Notes under the pieces: model-generated
Database searches by the model: none
Seen by the model: only the letters and a program-made list of their open reading frames with translations
Told to the model about the DNA's origin: nothing
NCBI GenBank assembly: GCA_001872945.1
Contig: MNYC01000030.1
Span: forward strand, 1-49,722
DNA from: a bacterium CG2_30_37_16
Lineage (GTDB): Bacteria; Patescibacteriota; CPR2
DNA: 49,722 nucleotides
Reading direction: 5' to 3'
Shown here: positions 17,992 to 28,922 of the stretch, piece after piece
Position numbering within the stretch: position 1 is the first letter of the stretch
Layout: each line of letters starts with the position of its first letter
Translations under genes and position numbers: made by a program

Positions 17992-19936
17992 AAAAAGAGA
18001 TTTATTCGCCGTAAATAAGGGGGTTGGCAAACAGCCCGCCAAATGGAAAATCAAAGGATCCTTGTTTCAAAGATCTGAGCGATGGATTTATGGTATTTTA
18101 CCGGCAGACGAAGAAGCGGGAAGTTATGAAGAAGAAAGGTCAGATAAGCCGCTGGCAAATTTAAAAGTCATCTTTGTCATATTGTTTGTTTTGCTAATTG
18201 TTCGGCTATATGACGTCCAAATAATGAATGGCTCTGAAAGTATTAAGAAGGCTGAGGGAAATAGAATTAGAGAAACCTTAATTAGAGCCGAAAGAGGAGC
18301 AATTTATGATCGACGGAAAATAGTTTTAGCCAAAAATATTGGTAATTGGGAAGTATCCATAATTCCCGGCGACCTGCCAAAAAAAGAAACTGACCAAAAC
18401 AAGGTTTATGAAAAATTAGCGAAAATTATTAACCAACCTTCAGCGGACATGAAGAAATTAACTCAAAAAAATGACTTAGATCCTAATCAACCGATTTTAA
18501 TTCAAAAATCAATTGACAGAGATACTTCGTTACTTCTAGAAAGCAAGATCAATGAACTTCCCGGCGTTTTTGTGTCGGTTAACCCAATAAGAGAATATGA
18601 AGATAGAACTTTGCTTAGTCATACCTTGGGCTACGTGGGAAGGATCTCGGAAAATGAGTTTAAGGAAAATAAAGACAGGGGATATCACCTAACCGATTAC
18701 ATGGGCAAAACGGGAATTGAACAGGAATATGAATCATATCTTAGAGGCAAAGATGGAGGCAAGAAAAAAGAGGTTGACGCTTCGGGAAAAATTATTAAGC
18801 TTTATGGCCAAACCGACCCGACACCCGGTAAAAATATAATCTTAAATATTGATTACGGATTGCAGCAAAAAGCTGCCGAAGCATTGCAAGCTTCAATGGA
18901 TAAGGCGAAAGTAAAAAAAGGCGCCGTAGCCATTATGAACCCTAACAATGGACAAGTCCTTTCTTTGGTAAATCTGCCATCCTACGACGGAAATCTGTTC
19001 TCTAAAGGTATATCAGAGGAAGATTATAAAAAACTGATTGATAATACAGATAATCCCTTACTTCCTAGGGCCTTGTCTGGAGAATATCCATCCGGATCTA
19101 TTATTAAGCCGCTTTTTGCAGCAGCGGCTTTGCAGGAAAGAATTATTGACAGATACACAACCGTACTTTCGACAGGAGGAATAAGCGTAGGGCAATGGAA
19201 TTTTCCGGATTGGAAAGCTGGCGGCCATGGCGTAACAAATGTAACAAAGGCGATTGCCGATTCTGTAAACACTTTCTTTTATGCAATTAGCGGGGGATTT
19301 GGAAATATTTCGGGACTCGGGCCGGAGAAAATGAAACTTTATCTCGATAAATTTGGGCTTGGCAAAGCTACCAACATAGATCTTCCCTCTGAATCCAACG
19401 GACATATACCTGATCCCGATTGGAAAAAACGGGTAATGAAAGAGGATTGGTATTTAGGCGACACTTATCATTTTGGTATTGGACAGGGGGATTTATTAGT
19501 TACTCCAATCCAAATGGCAAAAGCTATTTCTGCTATTGCCAATGGAGGAACACTTTATCAGCCGCAAATTTTAAATTCTGTTTTAGACGCCGACAATAAA
19601 ACTGTCCATAAAAAAATTGACCCCAAGATTGAAGCATCAAATTTTATCTCTAAGGAAAATATTGATATTGTTAAAGAAGGAATGAGGTTAACCATTACTT
19701 CGGGTTCGGGAAGATTTTTAAATGACCTCCCAGAACCCGTCGCCGGCAAAACCGGTACGGCGCAGTTTGGTCCTGATAATAAATACAAACATGCGTGGTT
19801 TGCCACTTTTGGGCCGTATCCAAACCCTGAAATTAGTATTGTAGTCTTACTTGAAGAAGCCGGCGAAGGATCGGAATTTGCAGCTCCGGTTGCCAAAGAA
19901 ATCTATAAATACTATTTTGCTAATAGAATGAAGTAA
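17984..19936 (+). CDS. mrdA: Penicillin-binding protein 2
   Basis: RGAIYDR; SxxK (GSIIK), SxN (SVN), KTG (GKTGTAQ). Confidence 0.95.
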   Translation: MNKKRDLFAVNKGVGKQPAKWKIKGSLFQRSERWIYGILPADEEAGSYEEERSDKPLANLKVIFVILFVLLIVRLYDVQIMNGSESIKKAEGNRIRETLIRAERGAIYDRRKIVLAKNIGNWEVSIIPGDLPKKETDQNKVYEKLAKIINQPSADMKKLTQKNDLDPNQPILIQKSIDRDTSLLLESKINELPGVFVSVNPIREYEDRTLLSHTLGYVGRISENEFKENKDRGYHLTDYMGKTGIEQEYESYLRGKDGGKKKEVDASGKIIKLYGQTDPTPGKNIILNIDYGLQQKAAEALQASMDKAKVKKGAVAIMNPNNGQVLSLVNLPSYDGNLFSKGISEEDYKKLIDNTDNPLLPRALSGEYPSGSIIKPLFAAAALQERIIDRYTTVLSTGGISVGQWNFPDWKAGGHGVTNVTKAIADSVNTFFYAISGGFGNISGLGPEKMKLYLDKFGLGKATNIDLPSESNGHIPDPDWKKRVMKEDWYLGDTYHFGIGQGDLLVTPIQMAKAISAIANGGTLYQPQILNSVLDADNKTVHKKIDPKIEASNFISKENIDIVKEGMRLTITSGSGRFLNDLPEPVAGKTGTAQFGPDNKYKHAWFATFGPYPNPEISIVVLLEEAGEGSEFAAPVAKEIYKYYFANRMK

Positions 19937-19965
19937 AGATGCGTTTAATTTAAAAATATTTTTAC

Positions 19966-19994
19966 TTGACCGTTGGTTTTCTGACTGATATAAT
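19966..19994 (+). promoter_or_regulatory. Sigma70-type promoter of greA
   Basis: TTGACC-17 nt-TATAAT with TG extension. Confidence 0.75.
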
Positions 19995-20081
19995 TTAAAC
20001 CAAGTTTCATATAAATATATATAAAGTGAGCTTTAGGGCTCGTTTTCTTATTCTTTATTTAAAAAGTTAGAGGTGATAAAA

Positions 20082-20543
20082 ATGCAAAAGAAAATTATCC
20101 TAACCAGGGAAGGCTTGGAAAAATTAAAAGCCGAGTTAAAAAAATTAAAAGAAGAAACAAGACACGAAGTTGCGATTCGGATTAAAGAAGCAAAGGAATT
20201 CGGAGATCTATCCGAAAATTCTGAATACGAAGCAGCTAAAAATCAGCAGGCATTTACGGAAGGTAAAATTGCGGAACTCGAATATATAATCAAAAACGCA
20301 ACTATCAAAGAAAAAAATAGTAATACCGGTTCCGTAGATATTGGAAGTACTGTTCATGTTGAAGTTGAGGGCGGCGCTGAAAGATTTAAAATTGTCGGCG
20401 CACACGAAGCCGATCCAATTAACGGCATGATTTCTTACGAATCTCCAATTGGAATGGCCTTAATTGGTAAGAAAACCGGCGAAGAAGTTGAGGTAACAGT
20501 GCCTGCCGGGGTAATTCGCTATAAAATAACTAATATAGAGTAA
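20082..20543 (+). CDS. greA: Transcription elongation factor GreA
   Basis: AKEFGDLSENSEY; ISYESPIGMALIG. ATG 20082 follows GAGGTG. Confidence 0.97.
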   Translation: MQKKIILTREGLEKLKAELKKLKEETRHEVAIRIKEAKEFGDLSENSEYEAAKNQQAFTEGKIAELEYIIKNATIKEKNSNTGSVDIGSTVHVEVEGGAERFKIVGAHEADPINGMISYESPIGMALIGKKTGEEVEVTVPAGVIRYKITNIE

Positions 20544-20546
20544 AAC

Positions 20547-20571
20547 AAAAGCCCGGCTACTGCCGGGTTTT
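20547..20571 (+). terminator. Intrinsic terminator after greA
   Basis: AAAA-GCCCGGC-tact-GCCGGGT-TTT. Confidence 0.8.
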
Positions 20572-20585
20572 ACAAAGAGGGTCAA

Positions 20586-22130
20586 ATGTTTTGGGCCGAC
20601 CAGTTAGCTGAAGATGTAAAAGATAAGGGATTTCAATGGATCGATGATGGCTGGACCGCATCCGGCTATGCTCATATTGGTTCTCTACGGGGATTAATTA
20701 TTCATGATGCTGTGAAAAAGGCATTGGATGCTCATAAAATTAAGTCCAATTACACTTTTATTATTGATGATTTCGACCCGATGGACGGCCTTCCTATTTA
20801 TTTGGATGCCGAAAAATATCTTCCCTATATGGGCATGCCTATGCGTTCGATACCATCAGAGATAGAAGGAAAAAGTTTGGCGGATTTTTTTGCTGAGAAT
20901 TTTATTGAAACAATGAAAATTGTTGGAGCAAAACCGGAAATGATTTCAGCCTATGAACTTTATACATCTGGCAAGATGGATAAAGCAATTAAATTGGCTC
21001 TTGATAATGCAGAAAAAATTAGAGATATCTATAAAAAAATTGGGCGTTCAGATAAAGGACATGATTGGTATCCATTTAATCCAGTCTGCCCAAAATGTGG
21101 AAAAATCGGCACAACAAAAACTATTGGATGGGACGGGAAGGAAGTTACTTTTGTTTGTGAGCCAGAAATGGTTGATTGGGCGACGGGCTGTTCTTACAAA
21201 GAAAAAATTTCTCCTTTCGGTGGAAACGGTAAACTGCCATATAAGGTTGAATGGCCAGCAAAATGGATGACAATTGGTGTTACTATTGAGGGTGAGGGCA
21301 AGGATCATTCGGCGGCAACAGGCACAAGAGACGTAGGAAACCATATAGCAAAAGAAATTTTTAATTACAAACCACCATATGATATTCCATACGAATTTTT
21401 TTTACTAGATGGCAAGAAAATGAGTGGATCAAAAGGGCTTGGCGCAAATGCTAGGGATATCGCAGAGCTTCTTCCTCCTGAAATTACACGCTTTATGATG
21501 ATCAGAAATCCTAAAAGAGCCATCGAGTTTAATCCATCAGGTGTTACAATCCCTAATCTTTTTGATGAGTATGATAAGGCAATTTTGGCGTATAATGATC
21601 CGCAAACTCATACAGACCTTGCAAAAGTAGCCGAATATTCCCAAAAAGAAGGGAAACCTTTCACCGGCTTCAGACCAAGATTTATTAAATTGGCATATTC
21701 AATCCAGCTACCAAGAGTTGATGTCTACAAGGAAGCAGAAGATGAAAAAGGCAGTCCTCTTGATGACAGCGAAAGAAATGAAATTAAAAGAAGAATAGCT
21801 TATGCGGAAAAATGGTTGACAAATTTTGCTCCGGAACAATTTAAATTTGAAGTAAGTGAAATCATTCCTCAAAATCTTTCACTATCATCTGAACAAAAAA
21901 ATTTTCTCGGTGACTTGGCTGATAAATTCAGTGAATGTGGATGGGAAGGCCAGGAAATTCATGAAATTATACATAGCACAAAAAAAATTACAAATATTAA
22001 TCCGAAAGATGCCTTTAGCGCTATTTATTTCATATTTTTAGGTAAAGATTTTGGCCCTCAAGCTGGCTGGTTTCTGAGTTCATTGGAAAGGGATTTTGTA
22101 TTAAATAGGATATCTGAAGCCATAAAATAG
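20586..22130 (+). CDS. lysS: Lysine--tRNA ligase, class I
   Basis: MFWAD; HIGH-like HIGS; CPKCGK zinc knuckle; GKLPYKVEWPAKW; EGEGKDH; KMSGSKG; GPQAGWF. Confidence 0.95.
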   Translation: MFWADQLAEDVKDKGFQWIDDGWTASGYAHIGSLRGLIIHDAVKKALDAHKIKSNYTFIIDDFDPMDGLPIYLDAEKYLPYMGMPMRSIPSEIEGKSLADFFAENFIETMKIVGAKPEMISAYELYTSGKMDKAIKLALDNAEKIRDIYKKIGRSDKGHDWYPFNPVCPKCGKIGTTKTIGWDGKEVTFVCEPEMVDWATGCSYKEKISPFGGNGKLPYKVEWPAKWMTIGVTIEGEGKDHSAATGTRDVGNHIAKEIFNYKPPYDIPYEFFLLDGKKMSGSKGLGANARDIAELLPPEITRFMMIRNPKRAIEFNPSGVTIPNLFDEYDKAILAYNDPQTHTDLAKVAEYSQKEGKPFTGFRPRFIKLAYSIQLPRVDVYKEAEDEKGSPLDDSERNEIKRRIAYAEKWLTNFAPEQFKFEVSEIIPQNLSLSSEQKNFLGDLADKFSECGWEGQEIHEIIHSTKKITNINPKDAFSAIYFIFLGKDFGPQAGWFLSSLERDFVLNRISEAIK

Positions 22131-22210
22131 TAATTATCTAAAAATCTCTTAATTAACCTTTATATTGGACCATTTTTTTGATATTATACTTACATTAGAA
22201 GGAAAGCTTT

Positions 22211-23515
22211 ATGTTGGATATTAAATTTATTCGCGAAAATGTGGATTTAGTTAAAAACGCAGCTAAAATAAAAGAAATCGATGTTGATATCGATAAACTT
22301 TTGGGGTTAGACAAAAAAAGGGTTGAACTCATAAAGAAAATCGATGACTTAAGGTCTGAGAGAAAATCCGAGAAAAAACCGTCAAAAGAAGAAATTGAAA
22401 AAATAAGGAAAATAAAAGAAGAATTAGCAGGGAAAGAAGAAAATTTAAGAAAAATTCAGGTCGAATATGACGATTTAATGTTTAGAGTACCCAATATTCC
22501 GTCTCCAGATAGTCCGGTTGGTGATGAATCAGCCAACAAAGAAGTATCAAGGTGGGGAGAAATACCCAAATTTGAATTTCCCATTTTAGATCATGTTGAA
22601 CTTGCCAAGAACTTAGATTTAATAGATTTCGAACAAGGAACTAATGTTTCCGGCTTTAGAGGATATTATCTAAAAAACGAAGCTGTGCTTTTACAAATGG
22701 CTCTTATGTGGATGGCTTTAGACAAATTAAGACGAAAAGGCTTTACGCTTATGATACCGCCAACCTTGGTTAGAGAATTTGCATTAACCGGAAGCGGTCA
22801 ATTTCCTTTTGCCAAAACGGAAACATACCAGGTAGCAAATGCGGGAACCGATAAAGATGAATGTTTAAAAGACCCCTTGTACCTTGTGGGTACCGCTGAG
22901 CCGTCTTTACTTGCATACAATGCTAATAAAATTTTGAATGTGGAAGACTTGCCAATAAAATTATGCGGTTTTTCACAATGCTACAGATCGGAAGTGGGCA
23001 GCTACGGAAAAGATACGAGAGGCGCATACAGAGTTCACGAATTTATGAAAGTGGAGCAGGTTATTCTTTGTAAAGCTGATTTGGAAGAGTCGCAAAAATG
23101 GCTAGAACAACTCAGGGAAACAGCCGAAGAAATGCTTACGGATCTTGGATTGCCGCATAGAGTTCTGTCCATTGCAACCGGAGACATGGGTGCCGGAAAA
23201 TATGCTATGTATGACATTGAAACATGGATGCCCGCAAGAAACGCATATGGAGAGACCCATTCCGACTCAAATTTTACGGACTGGCAAACAAGAAGGCTAA
23301 ATATCAGATATAAAACAAAAGAGGGCAAGTTGGTTCATCCATATGCCTTAAATAACACCATGATCGCTTCCCCCAGAATATTAATTGCGCTTTTCGAAAA
23401 TTATCAGCAAAAAGACGGTAGCATCAATATCCCTGAAGCATTGGTAAAATATTTAGGTTTTGATAAAATTGTAAAAAAAAGGAGGAAAGTTAATGAACAT
23501 TTCAATTACCGGTAA
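22211..23515 (+). CDS. serS: Serine--tRNA ligase
   Basis: MLDIKFIREN; GTAE; CYRSEVGSYGKDTRG.YRVHEF; DWQTRRLNIRY; LNNT. Confidence 0.97.
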   Translation: MLDIKFIRENVDLVKNAAKIKEIDVDIDKLLGLDKKRVELIKKIDDLRSERKSEKKPSKEEIEKIRKIKEELAGKEENLRKIQVEYDDLMFRVPNIPSPDSPVGDESANKEVSRWGEIPKFEFPILDHVELAKNLDLIDFEQGTNVSGFRGYYLKNEAVLLQMALMWMALDKLRRKGFTLMIPPTLVREFALTGSGQFPFAKTETYQVANAGTDKDECLKDPLYLVGTAEPSLLAYNANKILNVEDLPIKLCGFSQCYRSEVGSYGKDTRGAYRVHEFMKVEQVILCKADLEESQKWLEQLRETAEEMLTDLGLPHRVLSIATGDMGAGKYAMYDIETWMPARNAYGETHSDSNFTDWQTRRLNIRYKTKEGKLVHPYALNNTMIASPRILIALFENYQQKDGSINIPEALVKYLGFDKIVKKRRKVNEHFNYR

Positions 23516-23843
23516 AGATTTTGAATTAACAGATTCTCTTGAAAATTTCGTAAAAGAGAAGGCAAATAAGCTTTCTAAATACGACCCAAGGATAAACAGG
23601 GTTCAGGTAATTTTGTCGGTTGACGATGGTCATCACAAAAAAGGCCAAATTAATATGGCGGAAATTATTATAGATAGGCCAGGCAAGGATATCGTAGTTA
23701 AGGAATCGGGAGATGAAATGCATGCCGCTATCGACATTGCTATGGAAAAAGCAAAAAAAGCTATAGAAAAGCAAAAAGGGGATAAAATTTCTCGCGGTAA
23801 ATATCGAGAAATTATAAAAGGTATTTTAACTAGGAGGAAGTAA
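23493..23843 (+). CDS. hpf: Ribosome hibernation factor (short HPF/RaiA)
   Basis: MNISITGKDFELTDSL..FV.EK..KL.KY...MHAAID; upstream of secA. Confidence 0.9.
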   Translation: MNISITGKDFELTDSLENFVKEKANKLSKYDPRINRVQVILSVDDGHHKKGQINMAEIIIDRPGKDIVVKESGDEMHAAIDIAMEKAKKAIEKQKGDKISRGKYREIIKGILTRRK

Positions 23844-24244
23844 TGGATGAAGAAATAAATGAATTAAATAACTCTGCCGCAACGCAAGCAAATGAACCGA
23901 CTGCCCAACCCGCCATCCCGGATGACCAGAATGATCCCGAAACGGCAGTAATGGCAGATAACGCAATTAATTTTGCCCCAATTGCCGGTGATGACAAACC
24001 AACGCCGCGAATTGAAGATTACGAAGCAACCTCGGCTTCTACAATTGAGCAAATGGCTGCGGCTCAAGCGACGGATACTGGAAAAGAGACCATAGCAGCG
24101 ACTCCGCCACCCTCAAACACACCAGAACCACCGATGACAACTGATAACGGCCCAATCTACGTAGATATAAACGCATATGAAAACAGTTACAAAATGGCTC
24201 AGTCCGATGATTTGAAAGTTGATACCTTAACCGGCGAAGCATAA
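23843..24244 (+). CDS. Acidic, low-complexity hypothetical protein
   Basis: AGGAGG RBS; TAATG overlap with hpf; rich in D/E/A/P/T with few basic residues. Confidence 0.75.
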   Translation: MDEEINELNNSAATQANEPTAQPAIPDDQNDPETAVMADNAINFAPIAGDDKPTPRIEDYEATSASTIEQMAAAQATDTGKETIAATPPPSNTPEPPMTTDNGPIYVDINAYENSYKMAQSDDLKVDTLTGEA

Positions 24245-24271
24245 ATATAATTTTTAGGAGCTTAAGACTTA

Positions 24272-26848
24272 ATGACAATATTTAATAAATTATTTGGCGA
24301 CCCAAATGCCAAAGAAATAAAGCGTCTGCTTCCAACTGTCGATAAAATTAACTCATCAGAAGAGAAGTATAAGAAAATAAAAGATGGGGATTTAAAAAAT
24401 GAAACGGCTTCTTTTAAAGAACGCCTGAAAAAAGGCGAAAGTTTAGAAGACATATTGCCGGAAGCTTTTGGTTTAGTTAGAGAAGCCTCGAAAAGAACTC
24501 TTGGGCAAAGACATTACGATGTCCAGTTAATCGGAGGCATGGTCTTAAACCAAGGCAAAATTGCCGAGATGAAAACCGGCGAGGGCAAAACTTTAGTAGC
24601 TACACTCGCCTCTTACCTTAATGCCTTAGAGGGAAAAGGAGTGCACGTAGTTACTGTTAATGATTATCTGGCAAAAAGAGACACTGGCTGGAATGGCCGA
24701 ATATTTAAAGTTTTAGGGCTATCTATCGGATGTATAGTCCACGAACAGTCCTTAATATATGACGAGAGCTATGAAGATCCCAATGTAATCGACGAACGAA
24801 CGAAAAATCTGCGTCCGGTATCAAGAAAAGAAGCTTACGCAGCAGATGTTACATACGGCACAAATAATGAGTTTGGCTTCGATTACCTAAGAGACAATAT
24901 GGTTCAAAATACAGGGCAAATGGTTCAGCGCGAACTAAATTTTGCAATAGTTGACGAAGTTGACTCAATTTTAATTGACGAAGCAAGAACACCGCTTATT
25001 ATTTCGGCTCCAGCAGAACAGGCAACTGATAAATATTATGAATTTTCAAAAATGGTCAGACAGTTAAAGCCCACAGACGATTATAAAATTGATGAAAAAA
25101 TGAGAGCAGTTTCCTTGTCCGATGACGGTATTACTAAATTGGAAAAAATGCTTGGAGTAGAAAATATTTACGAAAGCCACGGCATTGAAACCGTTCATCA
25201 TATCGAGCAAGCCTTAAGGGCGGAAGCTTTATACAAAAAGGATAAAGACTACATTGAGAAGAATGGTGAAATAATTATTGTTGACGAATTTACTGGACGT
25301 TTAATGTTTGGCCGAAGATACTCGGAAGGTCTTCATCAAGCAATCGAAGCTAAGGAAGGAGTAAAAATTCAGCAGGAAAGTCTAACCTTGGCCACCATTT
25401 CTTTTCAGAATTATTTCAGAATGTACAATAAATTATCGGGTATGACCGGTACTGCCGCAACCGAAGCTGAAGAATTTGCCAAGATTTACAAACTTGATGT
25501 CATAATTGTGCCTACAAATAAAAATATGATTAGAAAAGATTTAAACGATAGGATATACAAAAATAAACTATGTAAATTCAATGCTGTAGTTGAGGATATT
25601 AAGGAAAGAAATAAGAAAGGACAGCCGGTATTGGTTGGCACAATTTCTATCGAGGATAATGAACTTTTATCAAGTCTTCTATCGAAGGCCGGCATTAAAC
25701 ACGAACTTCTTAACGCCAAAAACCACGAGAGGGAAGCACTGATAATTTCCGAAGCCGGCAAAAAAGGCGCCGTTACGGTTGCCACCAATATGGCTGGCCG
25801 TGGAACCGACATTGTGCTTGAAAAGGGAGTCTCGGCTCTTGGCGGCCTTGCCGTCATCGGAACCGAACGCCATGAATCCAGAAGAATCGACAATCAGTTA
25901 AGAGGTCGTTCCGGAAGACAAGGCGACCCCGGATCTTCCCAATTTTATGTTTCCATGGAAGACGACTTAATGCGCATATTCGGATCCGAAAGAGTTGTTA
26001 GAATAATGGACTCCTTGGGACTTCCGGATAATCAACCCATTGAAAACAAAATGCTTTCCAAATCTTTAGAATCTGCCCAAAAGAAGGTTGAGGGTCATAA
26101 CTTTGACATTAGAAAGCACTTGGTTGAATACGACGATGTTATGAACAAGCATCGTGAATACACTTACACAAAACGCAAGGAAATCCTGGAATCTGAAGAT
26201 CTGAAGGATGAAGTTACGAAGATGATTCAAGGTGAGATAGATAATATTATTGACACTCACGAAAGCCTGACAGAGGATAAAGTTCAGGATAAAATTTTTG
26301 AATCTGTGAGCGGCATTTTAGAGTTGCCGGATTCCATAAAAAAAACAATCGAAAATGCATCTGGCAATCGGATAAAGGACATACTAAAGGAATTTGCCCT
26401 CGAATCTTATAAGAATAAAGAGAATGCACAAACTTCGGAATTAATGAGAATTCTAGAAAAGGCAGTGTACTTAAGAACTATTGACAGTCTTTGGATTGAC
26501 CACCTAGACGCCATGGACAGACTAAGAGAAGGGATAGGACTGAGGGGCTATGGCCAAAAAGATCCGTTGGTAGAATATAAAAATGAAGCTTACAATATGT
26601 TTCATACTTTTCTTGCAGCAATAGAATCTGAGGTGGTTTATACTATTTATAAAGTTGTGATTGAAAGAGAAGCTCCCGCAATTGCTACAGAGACAGAACT
26701 TACCAAAGCAGCTAAGAAATCGTCTGAAGGTAGGACAAAAGACGCGCCAAAACAAACGAAAAAGTTAAATAATGGGGAAAAAGTTGGCAGAAACGACCTT
26801 TGTCCTTGCGGAAGCGGTAAAAAATTTAAGAAATGCTGCGGTAAATAA
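24272..26848 (+). CDS. secA: Preprotein translocase SecA
   Basis: [49 protein letters not shown] motif [19 protein letters not shown]. Confidence 0.98.
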   Translation: MTIFNKLFGDPNAKEIKRLLPTVDKINSSEEKYKKIKDGDLKNETASFKERLKKGESLEDILPEAFGLVREASKRTLGQRHYDVQLIGGMVLNQGKIAEMKTGEGKTLVATLASYLNALEGKGVHVVTVNDYLAKRDTGWNGRIFKVLGLSIGCIVHEQSLIYDESYEDPNVIDERTKNLRPVSRKEAYAADVTYGTNNEFGFDYLRDNMVQNTGQMVQRELNFAIVDEVDSILIDEARTPLIISAPAEQATDKYYEFSKMVRQLKPTDDYKIDEKMRAVSLSDDGITKLEKMLGVENIYESHGIETVHHIEQALRAEALYKKDKDYIEKNGEIIIVDEFTGRLMFGRRYSEGLHQAIEAKEGVKIQQESLTLATISFQNYFRMYNKLSGMTGTAATEAEEFAKIYKLDVIIVPTNKNMIRKDLNDRIYKNKLCKFNAVVEDIKERNKKGQPVLVGTISIEDNELLSSLLSKAGIKHELLNAKNHEREALIISEAGKKGAVTVATNMAGRGTDIVLEKGVSALGGLAVIGTERHESRRIDNQLRGRSGRQGDPGSSQFYVSMEDDLMRIFGSERVVRIMDSLGLPDNQPIENKMLSKSLESAQKKVEGHNFDIRKHLVEYDDVMNKHREYTYTKRKEILESEDLKDEVTKMIQGEIDNIIDTHESLTEDKVQDKIFESVSGILELPDSIKKTIENASGNRIKDILKEFALESYKNKENAQTSELMRILEKAVYLRTIDSLWIDHLDAMDRLREGIGLRGYGQKDPLVEYKNEAYNMFHTFLAAIESEVVYTIYKVVIEREAPAIATETELTKAAKKSSEGRTKDAPKQTKKLNNGEKVGRNDLCPCGSGKKFKKCCGK

Positions 26849-26919
26849 CAAGGCTTTCTTGACAATAAATTAAAAGTTTATTAACTTACTTATATAGGAT
26901 TTTTTAAAGGGAGGGGAAT

Positions 26920-28911
26920 TTGAAATTAAAATTCAAACTGCCTACTAATTGTGCGGGGCGCAAAAGGGGCATTTTAGGCTTATTTATTTTGAGTTTTGTT
27001 GGTGGACTACTCATTACTTCCTTTTTTATATTAAATACTGAAATTTCCACATCCGGAATCAAAAAATACGACCGACGGGTAAGTTTATTGGCTCAACCAA
27101 AAGCGGGCATTAAGAACACTGATGTTAAATATTTGCTTTCCGGTTTTAGCAATATTGATATTGGCAATCTAAATTCCGCCTATATTATTTCTCTACCTCA
27201 AAGTAAATATGACACCATAAGGACATCTCTGGAGTCGTCCAATTTTTTTGAAAACGTTAACCTTTACAGCGAAAATCCTAACGGTCCGATTGCCGGCACC
27301 GATAATACTGCAATAAACAGCAAGGGAAATCTTGTCTGGTATTTTTATTCCGACGTTAAAATAACAAATTCTATCCTTTTTTATGAACAAGAGTATTTAA
27401 GCCAAACACCGGCTGCCATTGCCGCAGCTATTCCGGATTCACCGGATTCTCTTAATTTCATAGACAATACAGGCAAATATGGGGACAAAGAAGCTGTAAT
27501 TAAGGAATATTTAAAATCTGCCTTGCTTTGGCGCCCTAGAGACATCGCCACTCTACACAACGTTGTAATTATAGAAGATGCGGCGCCTACATGGACGGGT
27601 GCAACTTTATTCTCATACACCAGTGATAATGGCGTAATATCTAACGTCGGTTCTACAATTTTTATCAATGCTTATCTTGCTAAAACCGATTACGATTTTA
27701 AAAATGTTTTTTCGCACGAATACGGCCATCATTTTACAATGTTTTACATTATGAATGACAAACAAATTTTATACGATAAACCATTACCCGCCCAGTATTA
27801 TCAGTTGCGTCCGTTAGACAGCTCAAAAATTAAATCCGACTATTCTGCCGGATGGAATTATTGTGATAAAGAAATAATCGCAGAAGATTATAAGTATTTG
27901 TTTTCTCCGTTTAAAGATCACGGCGCCGCTACTGTTGCCGGCTACCCCTCAGATCCGGCTAGTCGAAAGTGGATTTATGAGTTAACAGGTGAAACTTTTC
28001 CGGAAGATAAGGCTGCGCCAACATTAGAAGTTCTAAAACCGGCGCAAAATGAAGTCATTGCTGGATATTATACCTCACAAATTAGTGCAATTGATAATAC
28101 GGGAATTAAAAATGTAGATCTTTCACTTGATGGCGCCCTTAAATACTCTTCGAAAGCAGGAATATTCGACTACTATTTCAATACCGGGGACTATAAAAAC
28201 GGTCCGCATACATTTAGTGTTACGGCTTGCGACATTTACAACAATTGCGTATCAAAAAATGTTGATTTTGTTATCCACAATGATAACTCAGATGATACAC
28301 TACCTCCCGGCGTCGACATATTATTGCCGAACGATGGAGACATTATTACGGGAAAGATTGAAGTTAAGATTAAAGCTTGGGACAATTTCAAGCTAAGATC
28401 CGTTAATATTTATATTGATGATGTGGCTTTAGATATGAACCAAAAGAGGCCATTTACGGCAATTTTAGATACCAGAAAACTGGCTGATGGAATCCATGTA
28501 ATTAAAGCGGTTGCTGAGGACTTAAGGCATAATAAGGGTGAAGCTAAGATTACAATTACCACAAAAAACGGAGTTATTGACACTGAGGCTCCAAAGATAA
28601 CGGTAGAAAGTCCCGTGAAACAAAGCCATCACAAAAAAAGTTTTTACATACGGGCGACAGCAACCGATAACACTATGGTTACAAAAATGGAAGCTTACCT
28701 CGACGGCAAGCTAATTGTTAGTGCGAGTGGCGATAAGCTAAATATTAAAATTAAGCGAAAAATAATCAGCCTTGACCAAGAAAAACACGTTATATCCATA
28801 TTTGCCTATGACGCCAGTGGCAACAAGAGTTATGAGGAAATAGATTTTACAACTATTAAACATGACAATAAAAAAGATAACAATTTTGATAAAAATTGGG
28901 ACAAAGACTAA
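26920..28911 (+). CDS. Surface protein: putative Zn metallopeptidase domain plus three bacterial Ig-like repeats
   Basis: N-terminal TM; HEYGHH with downstream EIIAED; three DxxxPxxxxxxP-initiated beta repeats (Big_7-like). Upstream TTGACA-17-TAACTT and GGAGG RBS. Confidence 0.8.
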   Translation: MKLKFKLPTNCAGRKRGILGLFILSFVGGLLITSFFILNTEISTSGIKKYDRRVSLLAQPKAGIKNTDVKYLLSGFSNIDIGNLNSAYIISLPQSKYDTIRTSLESSNFFENVNLYSENPNGPIAGTDNTAINSKGNLVWYFYSDVKITNSILFYEQEYLSQTPAAIAAAIPDSPDSLNFIDNTGKYGDKEAVIKEYLKSALLWRPRDIATLHNVVIIEDAAPTWTGATLFSYTSDNGVISNVGSTIFINAYLAKTDYDFKNVFSHEYGHHFTMFYIMNDKQILYDKPLPAQYYQLRPLDSSKIKSDYSAGWNYCDKEIIAEDYKYLFSPFKDHGAATVAGYPSDPASRKWIYELTGETFPEDKAAPTLEVLKPAQNEVIAGYYTSQISAIDNTGIKNVDLSLDGALKYSSKAGIFDYYFNTGDYKNGPHTFSVTACDIYNNCVSKNVDFVIHNDNSDDTLPPGVDILLPNDGDIITGKIEVKIKAWDNFKLRSVNIYIDDVALDMNQKRPFTAILDTRKLADGIHVIKAVAEDLRHNKGEAKITITTKNGVIDTEAPKITVESPVKQSHHKKSFYIRATATDNTMVTKMEAYLDGKLIVSASGDKLNIKIKRKIISLDQEKHVISIFAYDASGNKSYEEIDFTTIKHDNKKDNNFDKNWDKD

Positions 28912-28922
28912 TTGGAGGGTTT

